A DNA stretch of 64,000 nucleotides, from positions 147,806-211,805 of the forward strand of contig CAYUCS010000001.1 of NCBI GenBank assembly GCA_964443495.1, read 5' to 3'. The translations under genes were made by a program, and so were the position numbers. This DNA is from an uncultured Gammaproteobacteria bacterium (lineage in GTDB: Bacteria > Patescibacteriota > Patescibacteriia > Patescibacteriales > GWE2-39-37). Under the pieces are notes generated by a model. It was not told the DNA's origin and ran no database searches. It worked only from the letters and a program-made list of their open reading frames with translations. Of the stretch, positions 53,405 to 64,000 are shown piece after piece. Positions within the stretch are counted from its first letter, which is position 1. Each line of letters opens with the position of its first letter.

Positions 53405-53980
53405 ATGATAAAAAACCGTTCAAATCCCATCAAGCAAGCGGCCGGCTTCACTTTTATCGAAATGTCCGTCAGTGTCACCATCATCGGGCTTCTGGCCGCA
53501 TTGTTCGTGAGCAATTACCGCGCCGCTGAAAGGCAGCAGCGGCTTTTCGCCGCGGCCGATCAGTTAGTCAGCGATATCCGCTTGATGCAAAGCTACGCCT
53601 TGGGGGCCAAGAAGTATGAAGGACAGGTGCCGCTCGGCGGCTGGGGGACGTATCTGTCCGTGACCGACCCAGGCAGGTATTTGCTCTATGCCGATACTTG
53701 CGCGGCTGGAATCGGAACTTACCAAGTCGCCTGCGCCACCAGCACCCCGGATGCCATCATCAAGACGGGCACCCTGCCTAGGGATATCGTAATCAGCGGC
53801 AGCGGGCTGTCTGTAGATAATTCGTCGGTTAACGATGTCAGTTTGCTGTTTTTCCCGCCCGACCCCAAGACTAGCATCAATTTGACCGGCCAAAGCCTGA
53901 AAATCGTGCTGACCGACACGTTGACTAGCAGGACCAAGGAGATAGATATTAATTCTTTCGGCTTGATAGATCTGCGTTGA
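53405..53980 (+). CDS. Minor (pseudo)pilin with a prepilin-type N-terminus
   Basis: Trimmed to ATG 53405. 'QAAG|FTFIEMSVSVTIIGLLAA'. Confidence 0.75.
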   Translation: MIKNRSNPIKQAAGFTFIEMSVSVTIIGLLAALFVSNYRAAERQQRLFAAADQLVSDIRLMQSYALGAKKYEGQVPLGGWGTYLSVTDPGRYLLYADTCAAGIGTYQVACATSTPDAIIKTGTLPRDIVISGSGLSVDNSSVNDVSLLFFPPDPKTSINLTGQSLKIVLTDTLTSRTKEIDINSFGLIDLR

Positions 53981-53981
53981 T

Positions 53982-54503
53982 ATGAAAAAGTGGCTTGATA
54001 AAATCAGCGGCAACGACGGCTTCTCGTTCATCGAGTTGCTGGCAGTCATGTTCATCGTCAATGTCGCCTTAGTTACCATGATCAGCATGTCGCTGCAGGC
54101 TATCCAGACCGAAAGGTTCAACCGCAACGTCTTGATCGCGGCGCAGCTGGCCCAGGAGGGCGCCGAGCTGGTCCGAAACATCCGCGACAACGATTGGCAG
54201 GCCGGCGTTTCGCCAAACTCGATCTTTGATTCCTCGAATGACGGAGTTTATGCCATCGATTACACCCTCGGTGCCGCCACCGCCTTGGCTGGCGGCCTGT
54301 CTGATGACAACTCGAAGCTTTATTTGGATGGGTCCGGGTATTACTCCCATGACAGTAACGGAACCTCGACGAAGTTCAGGCGAGCCATCACTATCATGAC
54401 TGCCGGCACTGCCTCGACCAGCGTGGTCAGCGAGGTGCGGTTTAGCGACGGCGTAAACGCTCGAAATTATAAAGTTGAAACAATGCTTTATGATTGGAAA
54501 TGA
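53982..54503 (+). CDS. Minor pilin (PilV-like)
   Basis: 'GNDG|FSFIELLAVMFIVNVAL'. Confidence 0.75.
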   Translation: MKKWLDKISGNDGFSFIELLAVMFIVNVALVTMISMSLQAIQTERFNRNVLIAAQLAQEGAELVRNIRDNDWQAGVSPNSIFDSSNDGVYAIDYTLGAATALAGGLSDDNSKLYLDGSGYYSHDSNGTSTKFRRAITIMTAGTASTSVVSEVRFSDGVNARNYKVETMLYDWK

Positions 54504-55081
54504 TATAAAAGGAAAAAAATCGGGCTTAAGCGGGGAAGACGGGTTCAGCCTTCTGGAAATCCTCATGTCCATGCTGGTTTTCAATCTGATGATCCTGGCG
54601 ATCGGCGGCATCTTCACCCAGATGATCAACGGCCAGCGTGCCGCTATCGTCGGGAAGAACATCGGCGAGAACATGTCCTATACCTTGGAGGTGATGGCCA
54701 AGGAGCTGCGAGCGGCTAAGCGTGATAATTTTTTGGGCACCCGCGACTGCACCGAGGCGGTCGATGGCGTAGAAGTCGCCGATGGCCGCATCTATTCGAC
54801 CTCGACTACGGCCGGTGAGCTGACTTTTCAGAATAAGAACGGGGAGTGCGTCAAATATTATATTTCCGGCGATACGCTCATGGTCGAGCGGGTCTCATCC
54901 TTGTCATCGGTCGTGGCTTCGACCACTTCGAGCCAGGTCGGCATTAACAGATTTGATTTTATAATCACCGACAATGACACGAGCCAGCCTCGGGTCACTT
55001 TGATGATCGAAGCCGAAGGCAAAAATAAGTCTGTCGGCAAACAGGTAGTCAGGCTGCAAACCACGGTTTCATCCAGGGCGT

Positions 55082-55095
<14 letters not shown>
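54490..55095 (+). CDS. Minor pilin (PilW-like)
   Basis: Trimmed to ATG 54490. 'GEDG|FSLLEILMSMLVFNLMIL'. Confidence 0.7.
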
Positions 55096-57567
<2,472 letters not shown>

Positions 57568-57570
<3 letters not shown>

Positions 57571-57649
57571 TTTTCAATTATCAATTTAAAATTTTTAAAC
57601 AATTTTTCAACATCCCGATTTTCAAGATTATAAAATTGAAAATTATTTT
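57568..57649. repeat. AT-rich palindromic spacer R2: TAATTTTCAATT (57568-79) / AATTGAAAATTA (57634-45)
   Basis: Read directly. Shares sequence blocks with R1 (36259-36366). Confidence 0.45.
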
Positions 57650-57943
57650 ATGCATTTGACCAAGCAAGAAATCGAGCACGTCGCCAAGCTGGCGAGATTG
57701 GAGCTGACTGAGGAGGAAATAAGCAAGTACGGCGAACAGTTGTCCGCCGTGTTGTCATATATCGACCAGTTGTCTGAGGTCGATACGGCCGGCGTGGAGC
57801 CGACCGCGCAGGTGACCGGACTGGAAAATGTCTGGCGCGAGGACGAAGTCGAGGTTTGGGACGAGACTCAGGCCAGGAACGCGCTTGAGCTGGCCCCAGA
57901 ATTGGATGATGGCCAGATCAAGGTCAAGCGGATTCTTGAGTAA
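57650..57943 (+). CDS. gatC: Asp/Glu-tRNA(Asn/Gln) amidotransferase subunit C
   Basis: 97 aa; 'IEHVAKLARLELTEEE...QLS' is typical of GatC. Confidence 0.9.
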   Translation: MHLTKQEIEHVAKLARLELTEEEISKYGEQLSAVLSYIDQLSEVDTAGVEPTAQVTGLENVWREDEVEVWDETQARNALELAPELDDGQIKVKRILE

Positions 57944-57959
57944 GGATTAAATTCTATTT

Positions 57960-59417
57960 ATGAAATTGAACGAACTGACAATAGCGGAAGCGCAAAAGAA
58001 ACTTGAGGCCGGCGAGGTGACTTCGGTCGAATTGACCGAGGCTTGCTTGGCCCGCATCGACGAGGTCGATGGCCAGGTCAAGGCCTGCTTGATCGTCACC
58101 GTCGAAGAGGCTTTGGCCGCTGCCCGCGCCGCTGACGAACGTCGCGCTTCGGGCGAGACCGGGCCTTTGCTCGGCATCCCGTATCTGTGCAAGGACAACA
58201 TCATGACCGCCGGCATCAGGACAACCGCCGCTTCGAAGATGATGGAGAACTATGTCGCCCCTTACGACGCGACAATCGTCGCGAGACTGAAGGAGGCCGG
58301 TGCCGTCCTTTTAGGTAAGACCAACCTGGATGAGTTCGCTCACGGTGCTTCGACGGAGAACAGCGCTTTCGGCACTACCCATAATCCATACGACTTGGAG
58401 CGCGTGCCGGGCGGTTCTTCGGGCGGTTCAGCTGCGGCCGTGGCGGCTGATATGTGCCTTTTCGCGCTCGGTACCGACACGGGCGGCTCGATCCGTTGCC
58501 CGGCTAGCTTTTGCGGCATCGTGGGACTCAAGCCGACCTATGGCCGCGGCTCGCGCTTCGGCTTGGTCGCCATGACCAGCTCGACCGACGTGCCTGGCCC
58601 GATGACTAAGACGGCCGAAGATGCGGCTATCGTCGAGCAGGTGATTGCCGGACTTGACCGCTATGACGCTACGACCGTCGATCGCCCCGTACCGGATTAT
58701 CAAGAAGAATTGAATGCGCCGCTTAAAGGCAAAAAAATCGGCCTACCCAAGGAATATTTTACAGACGGCATCGAGCCGGAAGCCGCCGCCGCCGTCAAGG
58801 AAGCTATCGAAGAGTACAAGAAGCTCGGTGCTGAATTCGTCGAAGTCAGCCTGCCGCACACCAAATACGGCGTGCCGGTCTATTATATAATCACTCCGTC
58901 CGAGGTCAGCTCGAACCTGGCTCGCCATGACGGCATCCGCTACGGTTATTCGACCTACGCAGACGAGAACGGCCTGGACAAGGTCTATGCCAATAGCCGC
59001 GGCCAAGGATTCGGTCAAGAGTCCAAGCGCCGCATCATGCTTGGCACCTATGCTTTGTCGGCCGGCTATTTCGACGCCTACTATCTCCAGGCGCAGAAGG
59101 TGAGGACCAAGATCAAGGAAGACTTCGACAAGGCGTTGGCCGAGGTCGATCTGCTCCTGACCCCGACCTCGCCTCACCCGGCTTTCAAGATCGGGGAACA
59201 GGCGGCTGATCCGTTGAAGATGTATCTTGAAGATATCTTCGTCACCGGCGCTTCGCTGGCCGGGTTACCGGCTTTGGCCATCCCTTGCGGCACCGCCCAA
59301 GGCCTGCCCGTCGGCTTGCAGCTCATCGGCCGCGCCTTCGAAGAGTCAACCCTCTTGTCGGCTGCGCACCAGTATCAGCAGGCTACCGCTTGGCATAAGA
59401 ACAAACCTAATCTTTAA
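57960..59417 (+). CDS. gatA: Asp/Glu-tRNA(Asn/Gln) amidotransferase subunit A
   Basis: Amidase signature 'GGSSGGSAAAVAAD...GTDTGGSIR'. Confidence 0.92.
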   Translation: MKLNELTIAEAQKKLEAGEVTSVELTEACLARIDEVDGQVKACLIVTVEEALAAARAADERRASGETGPLLGIPYLCKDNIMTAGIRTTAASKMMENYVAPYDATIVARLKEAGAVLLGKTNLDEFAHGASTENSAFGTTHNPYDLERVPGGSSGGSAAAVAADMCLFALGTDTGGSIRCPASFCGIVGLKPTYGRGSRFGLVAMTSSTDVPGPMTKTAEDAAIVEQVIAGLDRYDATTVDRPVPDYQEELNAPLKGKKIGLPKEYFTDGIEPEAAAAVKEAIEEYKKLGAEFVEVSLPHTKYGVPVYYIITPSEVSSNLARHDGIRYGYSTYADENGLDKVYANSRGQGFGQESKRRIMLGTYALSAGYFDAYYLQAQKVRTKIKEDFDKALAEVDLLLTPTSPHPAFKIGEQAADPLKMYLEDIFVTGASLAGLPALAIPCGTAQGLPVGLQLIGRAFEESTLLSAAHQYQQATAWHKNKPNL

Positions 59418-59426
59418 AATAAGAGT

Positions 59427-60221
59427 ATGAATCAAGGAGAAAAGCCGCTCGGCCAGGCAACGGCCAAAATGACGATCGTCGTCTTGGCTCTTGTCTTGGT
59501 CACCGCCCTCGGACTCTGGATCGCCCAGAAGCAGATTCCGCCCGTCACGCCCGCCGGTCAGGTGGCAACCTCGACGTCGGAACAAGACCAGCTTGACCAG
59601 GTGCGGGAGGCTGAGCAGCAGAAAACTGGCAGCTTCGACGAATCGAAGCTCGGCAAAGTCTTGCCCGTGCGTCCGGCTGATGACAAGGACCACGTCTGGG
59701 GCAGCTTGAGCGCCAAGGTTGTCATGATAATCTATGATGATTTCGAGTGCCCGTTCTGTGCTGATTATTACGATACCGTCGAAAAGGCCAAGGCCGAGTT
59801 CGGCGACCAACTGGCTGTCGTCTTCCGCCATAACCCGCTTTTGAATATCCATGCCTATGCTTTGAAAGCGGCCGTCGCCAGCGAGTGCGCGGCCGAGCAG
59901 GGCAAGTTCTGGGAGATGTACCGCAAGCTGTTCGCCGACAACAAGGCTGGCCGGATGTATGACAAGCAGTTCAAGGACGATGCCAAGGCGATCGGCCTGG
60001 ATCAGGCTAAATTCAACCAGTGCTTGGACACTGACAAGTACAAGGACGAGGTGATAAACGAGATGATCGAAGCTAAGACCTTCAACGTCAACGGTACTCC
60101 GACGACCTTCATAAACGGGGAAATCGTAGTCGGGGCTAATCCTTATGAAGACCTGACCGCCAGCGATGGCCGGAAAATCGAAGGGTTGAAAAACATCATC
60201 TCTAGACAATTGCAAAAATAA
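59427..60221 (+). CDS. DsbA/thioredoxin-fold thiol:disulfide oxidoreductase, membrane-anchored
   Basis: TM segment 'MTIVVLALVLVTALGLWI' and CxxC 'FECPFCA'. Confidence 0.8.
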   Translation: MNQGEKPLGQATAKMTIVVLALVLVTALGLWIAQKQIPPVTPAGQVATSTSEQDQLDQVREAEQQKTGSFDESKLGKVLPVRPADDKDHVWGSLSAKVVMIIYDDFECPFCADYYDTVEKAKAEFGDQLAVVFRHNPLLNIHAYALKAAVASECAAEQGKFWEMYRKLFADNKAGRMYDKQFKDDAKAIGLDQAKFNQCLDTDKYKDEVINEMIEAKTFNVNGTPTTFINGEIVVGANPYEDLTASDGRKIEGLKNIISRQLQK

Positions 60222-60233
60222 TTAGTATTATAG

Positions 60234-60260
60234 AAAACGCCTGCTTCTGGCGGGCGTTTT
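60234..60260 (+). terminator. Intrinsic terminator after the dsbA-like gene
   Basis: AAAACGCC...GGCGTTTT. Confidence 0.55.
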
Positions 60261-60266
60261 CATTTA

Positions 60267-60356
60267 GGAGAGATCGCATAGTGGTCGAGTGCGCTCGCTT
60301 GGAAAGCGGGTAAGCTGTCAAAGGCTTCGAGGGTTCAAATCCCTCTCTCTCCGCCA
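60267..60356 (+). tRNA. tRNA-Ser (anticodon GGA), CCA encoded
   Basis: Acceptor GGAGAGA/TCTCTCC, anticodon stem CTCGC/GCGGG with loop TTGGAAA, long variable arm, T-arm GAGGG-TTCAAAT-CCCTC, G73, CCA. Confidence 0.92.
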
Positions 60357-60391
60357 ATAAAAATACCCACCATTCGGTGGGTATTTTTATT
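60357..60391. terminator. AT-flanked hairpin after tRNA-Ser(GGA)
   Basis: ATAAAAATACCCACC-ATTC-GGTGGGTATTTTTAT. Confidence 0.6.
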
Positions 60392-60397
60392 GGTCGG

Positions 60398-60539
60398 ACG
60401 TGAGAAGTATGAAAACCCTTGTTTGATAATGGGTGAATAAAAGCCAGAAGTATTAATAAGAATAATCTCGACATTTAGCGGCAGGTTTTTGAAATGATCG
60501 ATAGGGCTTCCGCCCTGTTCAAATCCCTCTCTCTCCGCT
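60398..60539 (+). repeat. F-element copy 2 (homologous to 9028-9173), ending AGGGC-TTCC-GCCCT hairpin plus GTTCAAATCCCTCTCTCTCCGC
   Basis: Aligned by eye with copy 1 over ~145 nt. The last 18 nt are identical to the tRNA-Ser(GGA) 3' end. Confidence 0.5.
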
Positions 60540-60540
60540 C

Positions 60541-60583
60541 ATAAAACAATACCCCCACAATCCTGTGGGGGGTATTGTTTTAT
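60541..60583. terminator. AT-flanked hairpin between F copy 2 and structured element B
   Basis: ATAAAACAATACCCCCACA-ATCC-TGTGGGGGGTATTGTTTTAT (one bulge). Confidence 0.55.
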
Positions 60584-60595
60584 GTATCGAGAAAA

Positions 60596-60755
60596 AGAGA
60601 GGGATTTGAACGGGCAGCAGTGAGCAAGACCCTTCGCACCAGCGAAGGGTCGCAGTCGAACGCCGCAGAAGTGATGGGTATCACTTCTGCGCTGCCCAGG
60701 GCAACGAACCCGTCCGCGGCGGCGGACGGGTGAGGCGGGAATCCCTCTCTCCGCA
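60596..60755 (+). ncRNA. Candidate structured RNA, copy B (same unassigned family as 16842-17003)
   Basis: Same conserved single-stranded blocks and helices as copy A, with compensatory changes. Terminal helix AGAGAGGGA/TCCCTCTCT. The 5' 16 nt are the exact reverse complement of tRNA-Ser(GGA) 60333-60348. Confidence 0.55.
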
Positions 60756-60766
60756 CTAATAAAATA

Positions 60767-60797
60767 GAGGGTGAAATCAATCACCCTCGTTTTTTTT
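60767..60797 (+). terminator. Intrinsic terminator after element B
   Basis: GAGGGTGA-AATCAA-TCACCCTC followed by G + T8. Confidence 0.75.
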
Positions 60798-60810
60798 CTG
60801 TCAGAACTCC

Positions 60811-61353
60811 TTATCGGTTTTTGAGGATACCGGAATATCCTTGTTTTTCCAGCCACTCGCGCTGGCTCAGGCGTCCGGTACCGGCATCGTAGATGACGAG
60901 CGCTAGCCAGAGCAGGAGCAGCAGGATGGTGGCGGTCTTTTCGTTCGAGTTGCCGTAAAGGTAGGTAATCGGCAGTAGGATGGCCAAGAGGTAGAGAAAC
61001 AGCGGCACGATCGCCAAATTGTGGTAAACATCCACTGCTTGGCCGAGCTGCCAGTTCGAGCTCGCTAACACACCCGCTTCGATGATGACGCCGATGGCCA
61101 GGCAGACGAACGCCAGGCACAGGTGGTACAGGTCTGAAGTCAGCCAAGATGGCAGGATCTGTACGCGTTTCAGGACGGTCACTGCGATCAGGATGACCAC
61201 GATCAGTCCGATGTCGCCGTAGCGGGCGGCATGGGAGACGTTGTAGGAGAAACCCTCAAGGGTTTCGCGGCCGGCATCGACGACGAAGCCGGTCAGGAGA
61301 TAGAGCAGGAGCGCTAGCCCCCAGATGGGCAATTGGTAAAGAGCATTATGCAT
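60811..61353 (-). CDS. Hypothetical polytopic membrane protein
   Basis: ORF trimmed to the ATG preceded by AGGAGG (MHNALYQLPIWG). About 6 TM segments; no recognised family. Confidence 0.55.
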   Translation of the reverse strand: MHNALYQLPIWGLALLLYLLTGFVVDAGRETLEGFSYNVSHAARYGDIGLIVVILIAVTVLKRVQILPSWLTSDLYHLCLAFVCLAIGVIIEAGVLASSNWQLGQAVDVYHNLAIVPLFLYLLAILLPITYLYGNSNEKTATILLLLLWLALVIYDAGTGRLSQREWLEKQGYSGILKNR

Positions 61354-61473
61354 GGCAAAGCCTCCTTTCGGGCATTTTTTGATGTTTTTGCTAAGCAAAG
61401 ATTCTTCACTATAGTATAAAAAGGCGTAATTGTCAATTAATAATCCCCAGTGTTTATCGGCCTCCCGCTTGCA

Positions 61474-61502
61474 TTGACATTTTAGCTTATTTTTGCTATG
61501 AT
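61474..61502 (+). promoter_or_regulatory. Sigma-70-type promoter TTGACA-17-TATGAT for the RRM protein gene
   Basis: -35 at 61474-79 and -10 at 61497-502; spacer counted by hand. Implies a ~110-nt 5' UTR. Confidence 0.55.
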
Positions 61503-61620
61503 TATCTCCGTAAGTGTTTCTCTGTAAGTTTTCTCTTCCTTGTCATGCAAATGCGAGAGTAGAGGCGAAGTTAGGAGAAGGTCGCCTTACATTTTATAAA
61601 ATATAAGTTTCCAAACTTGT

Positions 61621-61956
61621 ATGGCAAAGAAGTTATACGTCGGCAACTTGTCTTATAGCTCCAACGAGCAGTCTCTTCGCGAGGCTTTCGCTCCGTTCGG
61701 TGCTATCACTTCAGTGAGCATCATCACTGATAAGATGACTGGCCGCTCCAAGGGTTTCGGTTTCGTCGAAATGGAAAATGACGACGAGGCACAGCAGGCA
61801 ATCGATGCTATGAACGGCAAAGAAGTCGATGGCCGCACCCTGACCGTTAACGAGGCTCGTCCGATGACTGAGCGCCCTCCTCGCCGTGATTTCAATCGCG
61901 GTGGTGATCGCGGTGGTTTCGGCGGTGGCAATCGTGAACGTCGTTCCAGCTGGTAA
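61621..61956 (+). CDS. RRM-type RNA-binding protein with a Gly/Arg-rich tail
   Basis: RNP2 'LYVGNL', RNP1 'KGFGFVEM', and C-terminal 'RGGDRGGFGGGNRERR'. Confidence 0.9.
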   Translation: MAKKLYVGNLSYSSNEQSLREAFAPFGAITSVSIITDKMTGRSKGFGFVEMENDDEAQQAIDAMNGKEVDGRTLTVNEARPMTERPPRRDFNRGGDRGGFGGGNRERRSSW

Positions 61957-61974
61957 ACATCAGTAGTTAACGAT

Positions 61975-62008
61975 AAAAAAAAGTCCCGGATTATCCGGGA
62001 CTTTTTTT
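61975..62008. terminator. Bidirectional intrinsic terminator between convergent genes
   Basis: A8-GTCCCGG-ATTAT-CCGGGAC-T7. Confidence 0.75.
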
Positions 62009-62028
62009 GCGGTCAAGAAATATGAGGA

Positions 62029-62775
62029 CTAGCCCAGTTTCTTGAGCAACGCCATTATGATGATGCCCAGGATGATGCCCAGGAATTGCTGCAAGGTCTT
62101 GGAGAGGGCGGTGTGTTTCTTTAATTCGGGAATCAGGTCGGCGGTGGCGATGTAGATGAAGCCGCCCGCCGTGACCGGCAGGATGTAATCGGTCAAGTTG
62201 AGCACCTTGGTGCTGAGCAGCAGGGTCGCGGCCGCGCCGATGACCGAAAGCAGGGCGGAGAGAAAGTTGTAAGTCAGGGCTTTGACCCTGGTGTAGCCGG
62301 AGTGGATCAGGACGCCGAGATCGCCGATTTCCTGCGGCACTTCATGAGCCAGCACGGCAACCAGCGTGGCTACGCCCAACGGTATGCTGACCAGGAAGGC
62401 GCCGGCGATGACCGCGCCATCGATGAAGTTGTGCAGGGCGTCACCGACCAAGTTCATCACGCCTAAGGTCTCGTTGTGGGCGCACTCCTCGTGATTGTGG
62501 CAATGGTGCCAGTGAACGATCTTTTCCAGTACGAAAAACATCAGGACGCCCGCCAGGAAAAGATACCAGACGAGCAGGCTGCCGTCTGATTTTTCCGCGG
62601 CCTCGGGCAAGAGGTGGATGGCGGCGTCGCCAAGCATCGTGCCGGCAGAAAGGCTGACCAGGAACATGATGATGCGTTCGGTCTTGGACTCGGAAAAGAA
62701 GAGAAAGAATATCCCGATCAGGGAGGCGACCGAAACCAGGAAGACGCTGCCGAAAATGTAGAGGTAGAGTGACAT
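62029..62775 (-). CDS. ZIP family divalent-metal transporter (ZupT-like)
   Basis: 'HEVPQEIGD' signature, His-rich loop 'HWHHCHNHEECAH', 8 TM segments. Confidence 0.85.
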   Translation of the reverse strand: MSLYLYIFGSVFLVSVASLIGIFFLFFSESKTERIIMFLVSLSAGTMLGDAAIHLLPEAAEKSDGSLLVWYLFLAGVLMFFVLEKIVHWHHCHNHEECAHNETLGVMNLVGDALHNFIDGAVIAGAFLVSIPLGVATLVAVLAHEVPQEIGDLGVLIHSGYTRVKALTYNFLSALLSVIGAAATLLLSTKVLNLTDYILPVTAGGFIYIATADLIPELKKHTALSKTLQQFLGIILGIIIMALLKKLG

Positions 62776-62819
62776 GAGGTATGTTAATAATTACTTTAAT
62801 TGTAGCACAAAACCCCTTT

Positions 62820-62848
62820 TTGACCTAAGCAGCTTAATGCCATATAAT
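62820..62848 (+). promoter_or_regulatory. Near-consensus sigma-70 promoter TTGACC-17-TATAAT
   Basis: -35 at 62820-25 and -10 at 62843-48. Lies 28 nt upstream of ATG 62876. Confidence 0.6.
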
Positions 62849-62875
62849 GTTAGCACTAATAACTGATTTCGCAAT

Positions 62876-63244
62876 ATGGATTTTGCCCTTGACAAAAACA
62901 AGATAAATATGTCTGGTGATGCCATCCTGCGCCGCGCCGGCTATGGTTTTATCCATGACAGCAAGACCGGCAAGGACAGTTATGTCCGACGGATGACCCG
63001 GGATTTCTATCCTCGCCTGCACATGTACGTCAAGGAAGACCAGCAGAGCGTAGTCTTCAGCTTGCATCTGGACCAGAAGTGGGCTAGTTATCAAGGAAGT
63101 CATATGCATAACGCCGAATATGACGGCCCGATCGTCGCCGGCGAAGTCGAGCGCCTGAAGCAGGTGGTGATAAGCCTTATGGGGCAGACGCAAGTGACGC
63201 CGGCGCAAGAAATCAAAAAGAAGTGGTATAAGTTTTGGGGGTGA
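62876..63244 (+). CDS. Hypothetical protein (122 aa)
   Basis: ORF with its own strong promoter; no family recognised. Confidence 0.5.
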   Translation: MDFALDKNKINMSGDAILRRAGYGFIHDSKTGKDSYVRRMTRDFYPRLHMYVKEDQQSVVFSLHLDQKWASYQGSHMHNAEYDGPIVAGEVERLKQVVISLMGQTQVTPAQEIKKKWYKFWG

Positions 63245-63328
63245 AAATTTTAAATTTCAAATTTTAAATTTCAAATGGCGCTTGTTGCAACTTTTTTGAA
63301 ATTTAAAATTTAAAATTTAAAATTCAAA
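63245..63328. repeat. AT-rich palindromic/tandem spacer R3: AATTTTAAATTTCA x2 (63246-73), complementary TGAAATTTAAAATT (63297-310), ATTTAAA x3
   Basis: Read directly. The centre GGCGCTTGTTGC is the only GC-containing part. Confidence 0.45.
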
Positions 63329-64000
63329 GTGAATCCCTCCGATGAAATAAAAGCCAAACTCGACCTCGTGGACGTCATCCGCGGTTACATCGACCTCAAG
63401 CCGGCCGGTGTGAATTTCCGTGCCAATTGCCCGTTCCACCGCGAGAAGTCGCCTTCGTTCATCGTCAGTCCGGACAAGCAGATCTGGCATTGCTTCGGCT
63501 GCGGCAAGGGCGGCGATCTCTTTACCTTTGTCATGGACATCGAGGGGTTGTCATTCATCGAGACCTTGCGCCTGCTCGCGCCCAAGGCAGGCGTCGAGCT
63601 CAAGCAGGCCGACCCGAAGCTGGCGTCGCAGCGTAGCCGCGCGCTCGATGCCATGGAACTCGCCACCAAATATTATCACCATATTCTCACCACCTCGAAG
63701 CAGGCCCAGCCGGCGCGCGACTACCTGGCCAAGCGCGGTCTTTCCGAAGAGACGATCAACGAATGGCGCATCGGCTACAGCCCTGACAGCTGGGATGATC
63801 TGGTCAACTTCCTCGGCAGCCGCGGCTTCACTCCCAATGAGATTTTCGGGGCTGGACTTTCGACCAAGAAGGAGGGCGCAAGCCGTTTCTACAACCGTTT
63901 CCGCGGCCGTATCATGTTTCCAATTGCCGACGCCAACGGCGACGTCGTCGCTTTTACGGCGCGCGTCAGCCCCGAGAAAGAGGCCACGGAAAAGATGGGC
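63329..64000 (+). CDS. dnaG: DNA primase DnaG (N-terminal part; continues past the window end)
   Basis: Not in the ORF track (open at the window end). Hand translation from GTG 63329 gives MNPSDEIKAKLDLVDVIRGYIDLK...CPFHREKSPSFIVSPDKQIWHCFGCGKGGDLFTF Zn-finger, then the start of the TOPRIM-proximal region. Confidence 0.85.
   Translation, partial: MNPSDEIKAKLDLVDVIRGYIDLKPAGVNFRANCPFHREKSPSFIVSPDKQIWHCFGCGKGGDLFTFVMDIEGLSFIETLRLLAPKAGVELKQADPKLASQRSRALDAMELATKYYHHILTTSKQAQPARDYLAKRGLSEETINEWRIGYSPDSWDDLVNFLGSRGFTPNEIFGAGLSTKKEGASRFYNRFRGRIMFPIADANGDVVAFTARVSPEKEATEKMG

Noticed and set aside
60539-61147. 202-aa minus-strand ORF (and the nested 60580..60780) overlapping element B and the membrane-protein gene
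   Set aside because: Arg/Pro-rich nonsense-like translation. It overlaps a better-supported gene in another frame (60811..61353) and the conserved RNA-like element.
62776-62820. Zur/Fur-type box (TAAT-A-ATTA at ~62785-62795) upstream of the ZIP transporter
   Set aside because: It is only a 4-1-4 AT palindrome in an AT-rich spacer, well below what would distinguish a real metalloregulator site from chance.

Overview
Gene-dense bacterial chromosomal window, mostly transcribed on the + strand. The gene content fits an anaerobic, small-genome lineage such as Patescibacteria/CPR, but that placement is inference only. Supporting content: a compact type IV pilus locus with no secretin, several DsbA/thioredoxin-type proteins, 2-oxoacid:ferredoxin oxidoreductase with rubrerythrin and desulforedoxin, GatCA, an RRM protein, and no biosynthetic operons. 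Layout: (1) 1 to about 9.2 kb is a visibly AT-richer accessory island. It carries a type III R-M pair (mod/res) and a prophage-like module (ParB-fused methyltransferase, TerS-like HTH protein, sigma-like ORF, possible nuclease), and it ends at a tRNA-Ser 3'-end-like sequence. (2) 9.2-24.7 kb holds a HAMP sensor, an amidohydrolase, a MarR/CDF pair, korAB, rubrerythrin, an unannotated 39-aa desulforedoxin, an ECF sigma cluster with Gly-Cys-Met-rich exported proteins and a membrane polyferredoxin, and an ArsR-led thiol/sulfur cluster (DUF2892, TrxB, BASS/ACR3-like permease, thioredoxin, rhodanese). (3) recG, mpg, radA, DsbA-like and TolB-like genes. (4) 31.3-55.5 kb is a complete type IV pilus locus (pilMNO, pilB, response regulator, pilT, pilC, pilin, pilD, four minor pilins), split by an ~11.7 kb glycan-biosynthesis block. 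(5) ligA, gatCA, DsbA-like, an RRM protein, a ZIP transporter and a partial dnaG. There are three tRNA genes (Ser-UGA, Arg-GCG, Ser-GGA), and each is followed within ~50-250 nt by a second copy of its own 3' end. At the two tRNA-Ser loci, a copy or near-copy of that 3' end forms the terminus of a conserved ~160-nt multi-hairpin element. The two element copies differ by compensatory substitutions, and their termini track the neighbouring tRNA. I could not assign this element to any RNA family I know, and it is the best candidate here for something undescribed. No CRISPR array, rRNA, transposase or integrase is visible. All composition statements are by eye, not computed.
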